Source: a virus
Taxonomy: Duplodnaviria; Caudoviricetes
Direction: 5' to 3' (one strand)
IMG/VR virus record: IMGVR_UViG_3300017722_003538
Location: 1-64,000 of that record
Length of the DNA stretch: 64,000 nucleotides
Under the pieces are notes generated by a model, which was not told where the DNA came from, made no database searches, and was given only the letters and a program-made list of their open reading frames with translations. The number at the start of each line of letters is the position of its first letter. Position 1 is the first letter of the stretch. The translations under genes and the position numbers were made by a program. Below are positions 1-8,715 of the stretch, in pieces.

Positions 1-1
1 A

Positions 2-493
2 CAAATTAAATTTCAAGATAACTTTATAACATCAAAAATCCGTTCATTTTACGGAGATAACGAGCGAGAAATTCTTAAAGAGTTTATGGGTACTGCACAG
101 GCCGTTTTTAATCAAAGCGCTTCAATTCAATTTGCTGGGCATAATATTAAAAACTTTGATTTTCCGTATCTAATAAAAAGAGCTATTGTAAATGGAGTTG
201 CAACACCTCATCAGTTTCATTTACAAAAGAAAAAACCATGGGAAAACTGTCTCGTAGATACCTATGAAATTTGGAAATTTGCAGGTTGGAATAGCGCATC
301 TTTAGATTTGATTTGCGATACTTTAAACATTCCATCTCCTAAAACTATAATGGAAGCAAGCAGTACTACTGAAGAGTATTGGAACGGTAATCTTGAAAAG
401 ATAAAAACATACTGCGAAGGAGATGTTAAAGCGACTATGAACGTGATGCTTAAAATATCCGGAATGGATATGGTTGATGAAGTACCATTTTAA
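2..493 (+). CDS. 3'-5' exonuclease, PolB-exo-like DEDD family (5'-partial)
   Basis: Frame is open from position 2 (QIKFQDNF...EILKEFM). Contains ExoII-like GHNIKNFDFPYL, DTYEIW, SLD and ExoIII-like YCEGDV. Confidence 0.8.
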   Translation, partial: QIKFQDNFITSKIRSFYGDNEREILKEFMGTAQAVFNQSASIQFAGHNIKNFDFPYLIKRAIVNGVATPHQFHLQKKKPWENCLVDTYEIWKFAGWNSASLDLICDTLNIPSPKTIMEASSTTEEYWNGNLEKIKTYCEGDVKATMNVMLKISGMDMVDEVPF

Positions 494-504
494 ATTTAAA
501 GTAT

Positions 505-627
505 ATGAGACCAGGCGCAAGTTACACAGAAAATGAATTAGGAGATTCTCCTAAAAAAGAACCTATAAAATTAGGATTTTTAGAACTACTAAGAAAATTA
601 TTTAGAAAATTGTTAATAACTTTTTAG
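505..627 (+). CDS. putative 40-aa peptide with amphipathic C-terminal helix
   Basis: My translation: MRPGASYTENELGDSPKKEPIKLGFLELLRKLFRKLLITF*. Below the ORF-track size cutoff; fills the gap after the exonuclease. Confidence 0.35.
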   Translation: MRPGASYTENELGDSPKKEPIKLGFLELLRKLFRKLLITF

Positions 628-634
628 TAAAAAG

Positions 635-668
635 TTTTACCATGTCAGGAATTTGTATTATATTTACA
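635..668 (+). promoter_or_regulatory. early (host-sigma, Bacteroidota-like) promoter
   Basis: TTTT at 635 and TATATTTACA at 659-668; the same 24-bp offset occurs at six sites; resembles TTTG-N19-TAnnTTTG. Confidence 0.7.
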
Positions 669-691
669 TATCAAATTAAAACCTTATAATT

Positions 692-985
692 ATGGACGAA
701 GACTTTAACAATTTATTTGAAGAACAAGAAGACGAAATCGACACTATTAAAAAAGAAGCCGAAATGAATAACATAATGTATGATTTGAAAATCAAACTTG
801 CAAATGAGAATTATGATTCGATAATTTCTAAGGGAGTTGATTTTAAATTAATGAAAAAACAAGAACTTGATATTGAACCCGTTGTTAAAATCCTCGGAGA
901 CATGTTAGAGCTTTTTGAAGAGCTTGAAGAGTACGAAAAGTGCGCTCAAATAAATAAATTACTTAAAAAAGCAGAGGTCCTATAA
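692..985 (+). CDS. hypothetical protein with C-terminal UVR-like EEYEKC motif
   Basis: FEELEEYEKCAQINKL; motif shared with ORFs 2071 and 2419. Confidence 0.7.
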   Translation: MDEDFNNLFEEQEDEIDTIKKEAEMNNIMYDLKIKLANENYDSIISKGVDFKLMKKQELDIEPVVKILGDMLELFEELEEYEKCAQINKLLKKAEVL

Positions 986-997
986 GGACCTTTTTTC
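975..997 (+). terminator. intrinsic terminator
   Basis: AGGTCCT-ata-AGGACCT followed by a T tract. Confidence 0.65.
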
Positions 998-1031
998 TTT
1001 AATATATAAAGTACTAATAAAGTATATCAAT

Positions 1032-1244
1032 ATGGACCCAGAAATATTAAAAAAGATTGCAGATAGTCTAGAAAGAATTGCAATCTGTATGGAAAACAAA
1101 CAATTGAGAGAAATTGCAACCTATCGAAAAGGTCAGGCTGCCCTTATTGCCGAGAAAAAAGCAGATAATAAGAAGCAGGCAAAATCACAACCAATTATTC
1201 CTGTAGTAAAACAGACAGTTAGAGTTAGAAATTCCAAAAAATAA
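1032..1244 (+). CDS. hypothetical basic protein
   Basis: 70-aa ORF downstream of AATATATA (1001-1008). Confidence 0.6.
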   Translation: MDPEILKKIADSLERIAICMENKQLREIATYRKGQAALIAEKKADNKKQAKSQPIIPVVKQTVRVRNSKK

Positions 1245-1250
1245 ACTCTA

Positions 1251-2078
1251 ATGAACCACTACGAAACTCTTAACGTTTCAAAAGATGCAACTCCAGAAGA
1301 GATTAAAAAATCTTATAGGAAGCTTGTAAAAGAGCATCATCCTGACAAAACAGGGGGAGACGATTTAAAATTTAAACAAATATCCGAAGCATACGAAACT
1401 CTTTCTGACCCTGTCAAAAAAGAGAAATATGATAATAAGTCTAGCGGCTATTCCACATTTAATAACTTCCGAAGAAATCAAGAATACACGTCTGCCTGGC
1501 AAAATGCATTTTCCGGGTTTGGTGGTGATTTTGCCGACATGTTTAATCAATCATTTGGAGGAGAGGCAAGAGGACATGACGTTAGAATTTCTATGAATAT
1601 TACCCTCGAAGAATCTTATGATGGTGTTAGAAAATATATCGACGTCGGGATGGGCGGATTTAATATTAATATACCTCGAGGAATCTATAGCGGAACAAAA
1701 CTTAAAGTTCCAGGCCGAGGAGCCCCACATTCTGTAAATTCATCCGCACCTCCTGGTGATATTATCCTGACTATCAATGTTTTACCAGACCCTGAACTTA
1801 TTGTTAATGGTAGTGATATTTATATTGACTTAACCCTAAGCTGGATTGACCTCTTGCTTGGAGGAGAATTTGAAATCCATACTAAGTTTAAAACGATTAA
1901 AATTAAAGTTCCTCAAGGTTCTCATGATTCAAAACTCTTACGGGTTGTTGGACAGGGAATGCCAATATATAACGCAGAAGGATTCGGAAATCTTATGGTA
2001 AAACTTAGAACACTTCCTGTAAATTTATCCGAATCTGAAATAGAATTACTCAAAAAAATAAAAAATCAAAATGAGTAG
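1251..2078 (+). CDS. dnaJ: DnaJ/CbpA-type co-chaperone (J domain plus C-terminal domain, no zinc finger)
   Basis: N-terminal HYETL...IKKSYRKL..EHHPDK (HPD motif), G/F-rich linker, C-terminal domain with GDIIL and GQGMP motifs. Confidence 0.92.
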   Translation: MNHYETLNVSKDATPEEIKKSYRKLVKEHHPDKTGGDDLKFKQISEAYETLSDPVKKEKYDNKSSGYSTFNNFRRNQEYTSAWQNAFSGFGGDFADMFNQSFGGEARGHDVRISMNITLEESYDGVRKYIDVGMGGFNINIPRGIYSGTKLKVPGRGAPHSVNSSAPPGDIILTINVLPDPELIVNGSDIYIDLTLSWIDLLLGGEFEIHTKFKTIKIKVPQGSHDSKLLRVVGQGMPIYNAEGFGNLMVKLRTLPVNLSESEIELLKKIKNQNE

Positions 2079-2325
2079 CATTGAAGAAAGTCCGGAAGAA
2101 TCTAGAAAATTTATAAAAAAACTACACGAGGCATCCAAAGAAGACATGATGGATGCAATGTACTCCTCTATTATTAACGGCAGAATGGGTGCCTTAAAGT
2201 ATGATGGAAGTATTAAAGAGAAAATAGAAGGTGTCCAGACGGTTCTTAATTTTTTTAAAGAGAAAGAAGATTATGAAAAATGCAAAGAACTCAAGAAAAT
2301 TATCGATGACCTGTCGGTAATATAA
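2071..2325 (+). CDS. hypothetical protein with UVR-like EDYEKC motif
   Basis: FFKEKEDYEKCKELKKI at the C-terminus. Confidence 0.7.
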   Translation: MSSIEESPEESRKFIKKLHEASKEDMMDAMYSSIINGRMGALKYDGSIKEKIEGVQTVLNFFKEKEDYEKCKELKKIIDDLSVI

Positions 2326-2418
2326 TATAGTAACCTTTTTAACCCGGATACCTTAAATCCTGCCGGTTAAAATATATATTATATGCGACTCATGTCGCTT
2401 TAAAAACATTACACCAAG

Positions 2419-2676
2419 ATGGGAGATATTACAGGGGAGGAAAGAGATTCTCTGATGAGGTCCAGCTACTACATACTTACTAGAAATTTCACCAAGACCA
2501 TCAATAGATTTGTTGTTTATAACGATGGCAGTCACACAATAGACATTCCGCACGGAATCGGACAGCGAAGTAAATTCGTAGATGTCCTAATAGAATATTT
2601 TGTTGAGTTAGAGGAATATGAAAAATGTGAATCGCTCAAAAAATTAAAAGAACTGGTCATGATGACTGGTGATTAA
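2419..2676 (+). CDS. hypothetical protein with UVR-like EEYEKC motif
   Basis: YFVELEEYEKCESLKKL at the C-terminus. Confidence 0.7.
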   Translation: MGDITGEERDSLMRSSYYILTRNFTKTINRFVVYNDGSHTIDIPHGIGQRSKFVDVLIEYFVELEEYEKCESLKKLKELVMMTGD

Positions 2677-2692
2677 ATAAATACAAATTTGT

Positions 2693-3448
2693 ATGCAAAG
2701 AAAAACTGTGGAAAGTAAATCAAGATCGACTAAGGCAAAACCAAAAACTACAACTTCTAATCCGGTTGGAAGACCTAAAAAGACAGTAGTTAAAGAATTA
2801 GATTTAGTTGGAGTTCAATTAAAACCAGGACAATATGATTATTTTGAAAAAATTAAAAAGAATGAAATAACATTCTGCTCAGGTCCGGCTGGTACTTCAA
2901 AAACATTTACTGCATGCTACACTTCACTATGGTTATTGGCAACTCAGGCAGTTTCAAAAATTATACTATGTAAACCAATTCAAGAATCCGGAGAAAAACT
3001 TGGATTCTTACCTGGAGATATTGCAGACAAGGTCGACCCATACATGCAATCATATATTTCGAACTTTAAAAAAATAGTAGGTGACGAATTAACAGAAGGT
3101 TTAATCGCTTCAGGTGCTATTGAATTTAAGCCGCTTGCATTTATGAGAGGTGATACATTTGACGATTCATTCATGATTCTAGATGAAGCCCAAAATGCTT
3201 CCTTTAAACAATTAATGTTATTTACGACCCGTATGGGTAAAAATTCTAAAGTTCTGGTAACTGGAGACGTTAGTCAATATGATATACCAAAAGCAAGTGC
3301 TGGTCTTCCAGGATTCATGCAATTAATGAAGGGAATCAGAGGAACTGCAGAACATGTTTTTGAAAATAAAGATATTGTAAGAGCTAAAATCCTTCAAGAC
3401 GTTGTAGACCGATACGACAAATGGAGAGTTGAAAATCCTGAAAAATAA
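2693..3448 (+). CDS. phoH: PhoH-like ATPase
   Basis: GPAGTSKT Walker A variant, LGFLPG, FMRGDTF, ILDEAQN, TRMG, GDVSQYD. Confidence 0.95.
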   Translation: MQRKTVESKSRSTKAKPKTTTSNPVGRPKKTVVKELDLVGVQLKPGQYDYFEKIKKNEITFCSGPAGTSKTFTACYTSLWLLATQAVSKIILCKPIQESGEKLGFLPGDIADKVDPYMQSYISNFKKIVGDELTEGLIASGAIEFKPLAFMRGDTFDDSFMILDEAQNASFKQLMLFTTRMGKNSKVLVTGDVSQYDIPKASAGLPGFMQLMKGIRGTAEHVFENKDIVRAKILQDVVDRYDKWRVENPEK

Positions 3449-3449
3449 G

Positions 3450-3476
3450 AAACTATCTGGAATCCATCTATATAAT
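3450..3476 (+). promoter_or_regulatory. AAAC-N17-TATAAT promoter (putative middle class)
   Basis: AAAC 3450-3453, TATAAT 3471-3476; the exact 17-nt spacer recurs at six sites. Confidence 0.65.
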
Positions 3477-3493
3477 ACTTATAAAATATATAG

Positions 3494-4126
3494 ATGGAAA
3501 CTAGACAAATACAACTTAAACACTCCTACTCTGGAGATGAATCAATTATAGAAATTGGTGTTGACGAGGCCGGTCGAGGTTCACTAAGTGGACCTGTCAC
3601 CGTAGCCGCATGTATAATGCCATTTGGTTTTGAAAACCCTCTAATCAAAGATTCAAAACTATTAAATGAGCAACAGCGAAAAGACGCCAGAAAAATTATT
3701 GAGGAAAACGCGATTGCATATCATATTGAACACATATCTCCCGAAGATATTGAGGCAACTAATATCTTAAAGGCAACCTTAATTGGAATGCAACGTTGCC
3801 TAGAAAGTGTACAAACCAATTCTCAATTTGATTTTATATTAATAGATGGAGACCAATTCCACGGATTTGAGGGAATTCCATTTGAAACTGTAATTGGAGG
3901 AGACAATAAATACATTTCAATTGCAGCCGCAAGTATCTTAGCTAAAACCGAACGGGATTCAGTAATGAAAGATTTGGATATTGAAATTCCTGGATATGGT
4001 TGGAATTCAAATAAAGGATACGGTACAAAAGCGCATATTGATGCAATTAAATCTTTAGGTCCGAGTAAACAACATCGAATGAGTTTTATTTCTCATCTTT
4101 TAACCGAAACCGGCACCCTATTTTGA
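3494..4126 (+). CDS. rnhB: ribonuclease HII
   Basis: GVDEAGRG, DSKLL, LIDG, SIAAASILAK, NKGYGT, HRMSF motifs. Confidence 0.95.
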   Translation: METRQIQLKHSYSGDESIIEIGVDEAGRGSLSGPVTVAACIMPFGFENPLIKDSKLLNEQQRKDARKIIEENAIAYHIEHISPEDIEATNILKATLIGMQRCLESVQTNSQFDFILIDGDQFHGFEGIPFETVIGGDNKYISIAAASILAKTERDSVMKDLDIEIPGYGWNSNKGYGTKAHIDAIKSLGPSKQHRMSFISHLLTETGTLF

Positions 4127-4467
4127 GAGCGCTAATTTACGGTATTCTATTGTTCCTGTTTGGGCAATCGTTTATATGGTTTCAAACAAATGGTCAGTTT
4201 ATTTGGCCATGGTTTAAAAAGAATCCACTCCTAGTTGCAATAATTGGAGGGTCTACGATATCATATGTTTTTATAGAGGCTACTAGAATGATTGCAGAAT
4301 ATTATGATGGTCAACTTTGGCCTGGTAGATTTATTGGATTTGCAATGGGTATGATTTCATTTTCAGTCCTAACTTATTTGATAATGGATGAACCATTAAA
4401 TGCAAAGACCATAATTTGTTTGTTACTTTCATTTATTATTATTTGTGTCCAGATATTTTGGAAGTAA
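4123..4467 (+). CDS. small 4-TM membrane protein (SMR/EamA-like)
   Basis: Four hydrophobic segments in 114 aa; TTG start overlaps the rnhB stop. Confidence 0.6.
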   Translation: MRALIYGILLFLFGQSFIWFQTNGQFIWPWFKKNPLLVAIIGGSTISYVFIEATRMIAEYYDGQLWPGRFIGFAMGMISFSVLTYLIMDEPLNAKTIICLLLSFIIICVQIFWK

Positions 4468-4494
4468 ATTGTTAATAACTTTTTGAAAATAATT

Positions 4495-4523
4495 ACCCGA
4501 CATTTTACAGTGTCGGGTTTTTT
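4495..4523 (+). terminator. intrinsic terminator overlapping an early promoter
   Basis: ACCCGACA-ttttacag-TGTCGGGT followed by a T run. Confidence 0.75.
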
Positions 4524-4536
4524 GATTATATTTACA
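4503..4536 (+). promoter_or_regulatory. early promoter
   Basis: TTTT at 4503; TATATTTACA at 4527-4536. Confidence 0.7.
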
Positions 4537-4561
4537 TATCTAATTTTAACAAAGAAATATT

Positions 4562-4930
4562 ATGTCAGTTTACAAAGAAGGTTACCACGCCGTTAAAGAA
4601 ATTCAAGCTCAATCAGTACAAATTTATTCAGATGCATGCGACTATGGTGTTCCATGTAAAAAAGGAGATTCAACATGGAACCTTACCAACCAACTTGCCA
4701 CTTGGTATGGTGATAAAAATACAAAAAAGGTACGAGTATTTCAAAGGTATCTTAAAACACCAGAAGCAAAACAAGTAGATATTGTTGTTACTTTAATGGA
4801 TGAATGGGCTGTTTCAGACGAACGTAAAACTATTAAAGAAGCTACTGAAAATTATAATCTAAGTTTTGTAACTTGTAAAACTGGAAAATGTAAAGGTTAT
4901 GATGGTTATGTAACTTTAACAAAAATTTAA
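4562..4930 (+). CDS. hypothetical early protein
   Basis: 122-aa ORF directly behind an early promoter. Confidence 0.7.
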   Translation: MSVYKEGYHAVKEIQAQSVQIYSDACDYGVPCKKGDSTWNLTNQLATWYGDKNTKKVRVFQRYLKTPEAKQVDIVVTLMDEWAVSDERKTIKEATENYNLSFVTCKTGKCKGYDGYVTLTKI

Positions 4931-4994
4931 CACTTAAAGTTTTCCCGTTTCAACAATATTGATTATATTTACATATCTAATTAAAACAAAGAAA
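4926..4994 (+). repeat. 69-bp exact direct repeat copy 1 (early promoter and leader cassette)
   Basis: TTTAACACTTAAAGTTTTCCCG...CAAAGAAA is identical to 5275-5343; contains TATATTTACA at 4964-4973. Confidence 0.95.
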
Positions 4995-4998
4995 CACC

Positions 4999-5268
4999 AT
5001 GACTCACAAAGAATTTATTTTAGTAGCAAATCAAGACATCAAAGAATTTAGTAGAGGTATTGAAGTAGTAAGTATTGCAAAAGGAAGTAGTATTACGGTC
5101 ACTGAAGACGCATTTAATAAACTACAGAAAAATGAGACCATTAAAATTTATACTAGAGAAGGTATATTAGAGTATGATAAATACATGTTCGAAAACGAGG
5201 TTAATTACACTGAAGTAACTATTGAATATGGTACTAGAAAGTTGGGACAAAGAAAAAATAAACTTTAA
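4999..5268 (+). CDS. hypothetical early protein
   Basis: 89-aa ORF between the two repeat copies. Confidence 0.7.
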   Translation: MTHKEFILVANQDIKEFSRGIEVVSIAKGSSITVTEDAFNKLQKNETIKIYTREGILEYDKYMFENEVNYTEVTIEYGTRKLGQRKNKL

Positions 5269-5274
5269 CAAAAC

Positions 5275-5343
5275 TTTAACACTTAAAGTTTTCCCGTTTC
5301 AACAATATTGATTATATTTACATATCTAATTAAAACAAAGAAA
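5275..5343 (+). repeat. 69-bp exact direct repeat copy 2 (early promoter and leader cassette)
   Basis: Identical to 4926-4994; TATATTTACA at 5313-5322. Confidence 0.95.
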
Positions 5344-5347
5344 TATT

Positions 5348-5608
5348 ATGAGTTACACAAATTTTGACAGACACGAATTTATGACCGCTGAAACTAGAAG
5401 TGATATCATCGATATCATTAGAGAACTTAGAGATAACGACCACTCTAGAAACTTAGAAAACATGATGTACGGTTTATTTGATGGATATTTGTATGATAAC
5501 ATTCAAATTGAAGCACTTCAATTACCTACCGAATTAGCATCGAAAGTTATGCGAATCTTCGATATCTGTAACCGTTACCCTAAATACGAACCTCAAACAA
5601 ATTATTAA
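5348..5608 (+). CDS. hypothetical early protein
   Basis: 86-aa ORF behind the repeated promoter. Confidence 0.7.
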   Translation: MSYTNFDRHEFMTAETRSDIIDIIRELRDNDHSRNLENMMYGLFDGYLYDNIQIEALQLPTELASKVMRIFDICNRYPKYEPQTNY

Positions 5609-5610
5609 TC

Positions 5611-6135
5611 ATGGACACTTTCGAAAAAATAGAAGTAGTAAAAAAACTAGTTGCAAAATATCTTAAAGAAAACGGTGCACATGCCGGATTATCCGAAGCA
5701 GATTGCCAAAATGACCACATCGTTCAAATTGGAACTTCAATCTTATGTACTAGATGGAATGTTGGATATGCAGGCGGTGGATTTGTTCAAGCAGTTGTAG
5801 ATAATGATTTGCAAAGAGCAATTGCAAATGCAGATAGTACAAATGTTCGTGCTCTTAAATTCTATTGTCAATTAATTTATAACGTTGGCATGCCTTATTT
5901 TAATGAGGAGCCGTTAGACCCAATGGAGCAATTCATTAAAGATATTGCAAATGATTATCAATTCGACAAGTCTCATCCTGAATACTGTGGATTCTTAAAC
6001 ATTAACCCAACAGACCATGAAATGGGTCTGGCATATGTTAGAAACTGGAGAAGTTACGGTGATTTATTGTCTAAATACAGAATTAGATTAGAATCAGTAC
6101 CTAACGAAGAGGAAGTAGTATTCTTAGAATTATAA
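5611..6135 (+). CDS. hypothetical phage protein
   Basis: Contains GGGFVQAVVDNDL..A..NAD..N..AL, a motif I recall from small phage proteins of unknown function. Confidence 0.65.
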   Translation: MDTFEKIEVVKKLVAKYLKENGAHAGLSEADCQNDHIVQIGTSILCTRWNVGYAGGGFVQAVVDNDLQRAIANADSTNVRALKFYCQLIYNVGMPYFNEEPLDPMEQFIKDIANDYQFDKSHPEYCGFLNINPTDHEMGLAYVRNWRSYGDLLSKYRIRLESVPNEEEVVFLEL

Positions 6136-6160
6136 ACTTTTAAAATTAACTTAATATAAT
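6134..6160 (+). promoter_or_regulatory. AAAC-N17-TATAAT promoter
   Basis: AAAC 6134-6137, TATAAT 6155-6160. Confidence 0.65.
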
Positions 6161-6164
6161 ATAC

Positions 6165-7082
6165 ATGGGAGCTAACTACGGATATTGTTGCATAAATTTG
6201 ACTCTTGATAAGAGTGGTATTAAAATCGGGCGTTCAATGATTAAAAAAACATTTGATGCAAAAGGTATCAAATATGCTGGTGAACTTGCCGAAGCAAATA
6301 TCCGAGACATGATAGAAATCATTAAATGGAATCATAAAAACGGCGTTACGCTATATCGTATGTCCTCTAGTATGTTTCCGTGGATGTCCGAATACGAGCT
6401 TACTGATTTACCAAATTGGGACACTATTTCAAATCTACTAAAAGGTGCAGGTTCTCTAGTACAAAAATACGGACAGCGAATTGGTTTCCATCCTGGTCAG
6501 TTTTGTGTCCTTCCCAGTCCAAATCAAAAAACTGTCGATAATTCTATCAAAGAACTTAATCAACATGCATTTATACTTGATACCATGGGCCTTCCGGCAA
6601 CTCCTCAATATTCTATGAATATCCATGTTGGTGGTTCTTATGGTGACAAAGAGGCTGCAATCTTAAGATTTATCGAAAACTTTAAATTGTTATCACCTTC
6701 AGCCCAGTCCCGTTTAATCCTTGAAAATGACGATAAACCTGCTCAATACTCTGTAAGTGACTTGTACCGCATCTACGAAGCAGTTGGTACTCCTATTACT
6801 TTTGATTATCATCACCATAGATGTTACAATGACCCAATGCCGGAAGAAGATGCACTTCGATTGGCAGCATCTACATGGCCTAAAGGTATTCGCCAATTAT
6901 GCCACTACTCAAGTGCTAAAAAATTACACGAAGACCCTACTGTTATTATCAGGGCCCATGCTGATTACCTATACGAATCAATCAACACTTACGGCCTAGA
7001 TATTGATATTGAAATCGAAGCAAAAGCAAAAGAATTGGCCCTTCAAAAATATCAAAAAGAATATATACTCTGTGAAAAATAA
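6165..7082 (+). CDS. uvsE: UV-damage endonuclease (UvdE/UvsE)
   Basis: GYCCIN, YRMSS.MFP, HPGQF.VL, IHVGG, LENDDK, FDYHHH, HYS, AHADY, EAKAKE. Confidence 0.95.
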   Translation: MGANYGYCCINLTLDKSGIKIGRSMIKKTFDAKGIKYAGELAEANIRDMIEIIKWNHKNGVTLYRMSSSMFPWMSEYELTDLPNWDTISNLLKGAGSLVQKYGQRIGFHPGQFCVLPSPNQKTVDNSIKELNQHAFILDTMGLPATPQYSMNIHVGGSYGDKEAAILRFIENFKLLSPSAQSRLILENDDKPAQYSVSDLYRIYEAVGTPITFDYHHHRCYNDPMPEEDALRLAASTWPKGIRQLCHYSSAKKLHEDPTVIIRAHADYLYESINTYGLDIDIEIEAKAKELALQKYQKEYILCEK

Positions 7083-7389
7083 AACGATTGAGTTAGAAAA
7101 TCTTAAAAAAGAAGCTAACTTATTTTTAGAGGCTCTTAAAAAGGAAGGCATTGAAACAAAATCAATGTCTAAACTTGTAACAACATGTGTAATAGAACGT
7201 AGACCTTTAACAGACGAAGAGGGAAAGAAGTTTGCAAATCAATTAAAGAATCTGGTTAAAACTCTAGGGCTAGCCACAATAATTCTAATGCCAGGAGGTT
7301 CTATAATTTTTATATTGATGCACTATTTAAAACTTCGGGACTACTTCCTATCAGACAGTTTCAGTTATTTAAAAAACAAAGATATATAA
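7072..7389 (+). CDS. membrane-associated hypothetical protein (LETM1-like helix-PGG segment)
   Basis: NQLKNLVKTLGLATIILMPGGSIIF. Start moved to GTG 7072, just after AATATATA (7060-7067); the track gives 7003. Confidence 0.55.
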   Translation: MKNKTIELENLKKEANLFLEALKKEGIETKSMSKLVTTCVIERRPLTDEEGKKFANQLKNLVKTLGLATIILMPGGSIIFILMHYLKLRDYFLSDSFSYLKNKDI

Positions 7390-7416
7390 AATCTAAACAA
7401 AAATACAAATAAAACT

Positions 7417-7899
7417 ATGGCTAGTATTAAAAAATTCGAGGAATTTGTTTCAGAAATGGACAGAGCTGAGGAAATAGAACAAGAAGTTGTTGACAAAGGA
7501 ACTCCTGAAGTAAAAACTGAAGAGGAAACTGAAGAGGAAGCAGAAGAGGTTCAGGGATTAGATGAGGCTGGAGAAGCCAATATCGGTGTTGACCCTAAAA
7601 AAATTAAAGAAGAAACTAAACCAGTTGCCGACATGTTAAAGGCATGTTACGAAGCTGTTATTGCAGAAGCTAAAGCATGGGAAGAAGATGCACATGATGA
7701 GCATACTGTAGAAACTTACATGGCCGAAAATGCATCACTTGTTGCAGGTATGGCAGCTAATTGTGTAAAAGAAATGAAAGAAGATATGGCATCTGAAGCA
7801 TACGAAGCATGCTTAAATAAAATGACTGAAGCTTTCACTAAGAAAATTAATGAAAGCAAAGAGGCTACTGCTGCTACCGACGCTGACGATATCAACTAA
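7417..7899 (+). CDS. acidic putative internal head/core protein with capsid-targeting-like leader
   Basis: MASIKKFEEFVSE leader, very Glu-rich; late motif GATATATA at 7381-7388. Confidence 0.6.
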   Translation: MASIKKFEEFVSEMDRAEEIEQEVVDKGTPEVKTEEETEEEAEEVQGLDEAGEANIGVDPKKIKEETKPVADMLKACYEAVIAEAKAWEEDAHDEHTVETYMAENASLVAGMAANCVKEMKEDMASEAYEACLNKMTEAFTKKINESKEATAATDADDIN

Positions 7900-7917
7900 T
7901 AAATCCGGTTAACCGGT

Positions 7918-7944
7918 AAACTAAATAAAAAGTCTATATATAAT
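7918..7944 (+). promoter_or_regulatory. AAAC-N17-TATAAT promoter
   Basis: AAAC 7918-7921, TATAAT 7939-7944. Confidence 0.65.
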
Positions 7945-7966
7945 ATAACATATATAGACTTTTTTT
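7927..7966 (+). terminator. 15-bp inverted repeat / probable terminator overlapping the promoter
   Basis: AAAAAGTCTATATAT (7927-7941) pairs with ATATATAGACTTTTT (7950-7964). Confidence 0.55.
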
Positions 7967-8479
7967 ATGCCAAAAATTCCGACGGAAATAATTTATATGC
8001 AAGTTGCATATCAGTTCGCAAAACTTAGTTATGCTGAACGCAGAAAGGTAGGATGTGTTATTGTAAAAGACAAACAAGTAATTTCGTTTGGATATAATGG
8101 TACTCCCCATGGGTTTGAAAATGAATGCGAGTGCGAGGTTCACATGGACCCTGAGGCCGGAGCATGGATAGACATTGAAACAATCGAGGAAAAATGGCCA
8201 TACACAAATGAAAAGGGTAGATATAACTTGACTACTAAACGAGAAGTCCTTCATGCAGAATCTAACGCAATTATGAAAGTTGCAAAGTCTACAATGAGTT
8301 GTGAAGGAGCAGATTTATATACTACAACATGCCCCTGTTTTGATTGCGCAAAATTAATCATACAGGCCGGAATAAAAAAGGTCTACTACACAGAAGATTA
8401 TAGAGACATGAGTGGTGTTGAACTACTTAAAAGAGCAGAAATTGAAGTTGAACAAGTAATAACATGGAATGAGCATTAA
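7967..8479 (+). CDS. dCMP deaminase
   Basis: VGCVIV, GYNG, HAESNA and PCFDC zinc-binding motifs. Confidence 0.95.
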   Translation: MPKIPTEIIYMQVAYQFAKLSYAERRKVGCVIVKDKQVISFGYNGTPHGFENECECEVHMDPEAGAWIDIETIEEKWPYTNEKGRYNLTTKREVLHAESNAIMKVAKSTMSCEGADLYTTTCPCFDCAKLIIQAGIKKVYYTEDYRDMSGVELLKRAEIEVEQVITWNEH

Positions 8480-8669
8480 TAAAATATTTGTTCCGGAAAA
8501 AAAGGAACTTAAGCAATTTCTTAAAAGTAACGGTAGCGAATTATTCTATTCGAGATATGTTAAAAAAGCGGATGCCTTAATTGGAAGTTCAAAGTCTATA
8601 GACTACATCGATAAATTTATAAATAAATACAGTAATGAGAATGATTCGGTCTTTTTTGAATTGGACTAG
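8469..8669 (+). CDS. hypothetical protein
   Basis: 66-aa ORF overlapping the upstream gene end. Confidence 0.55.
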   Translation: MSINKIFVPEKKELKQFLKSNGSELFYSRYVKKADALIGSSKSIDYIDKFINKYSNENDSVFFELD

Positions 8670-8670
8670 G

Positions 8671-8697
8671 AAACATTTTTTCAAAAATCAATATAAT
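8671..8697 (+). promoter_or_regulatory. AAAC-N17-TATAAT promoter
   Basis: AAAC 8671-8674, TATAAT 8692-8697. Confidence 0.65.
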
Positions 8698-8715
8698 CAT
8701 AAAAATACACTAAAA

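Noticed and set aside
2326-2418. Possible small RNA or leader peptide (weak hairpins, MRLMSL mini-ORF)
   Set aside because: The stems are short and there is no tRNA or known ncRNA signature; insufficient support.
7905-7916. Perfect palindrome CCGGTTAACCGG
   Set aside because: Single occurrence with no loop or T tract; no function can be supported.
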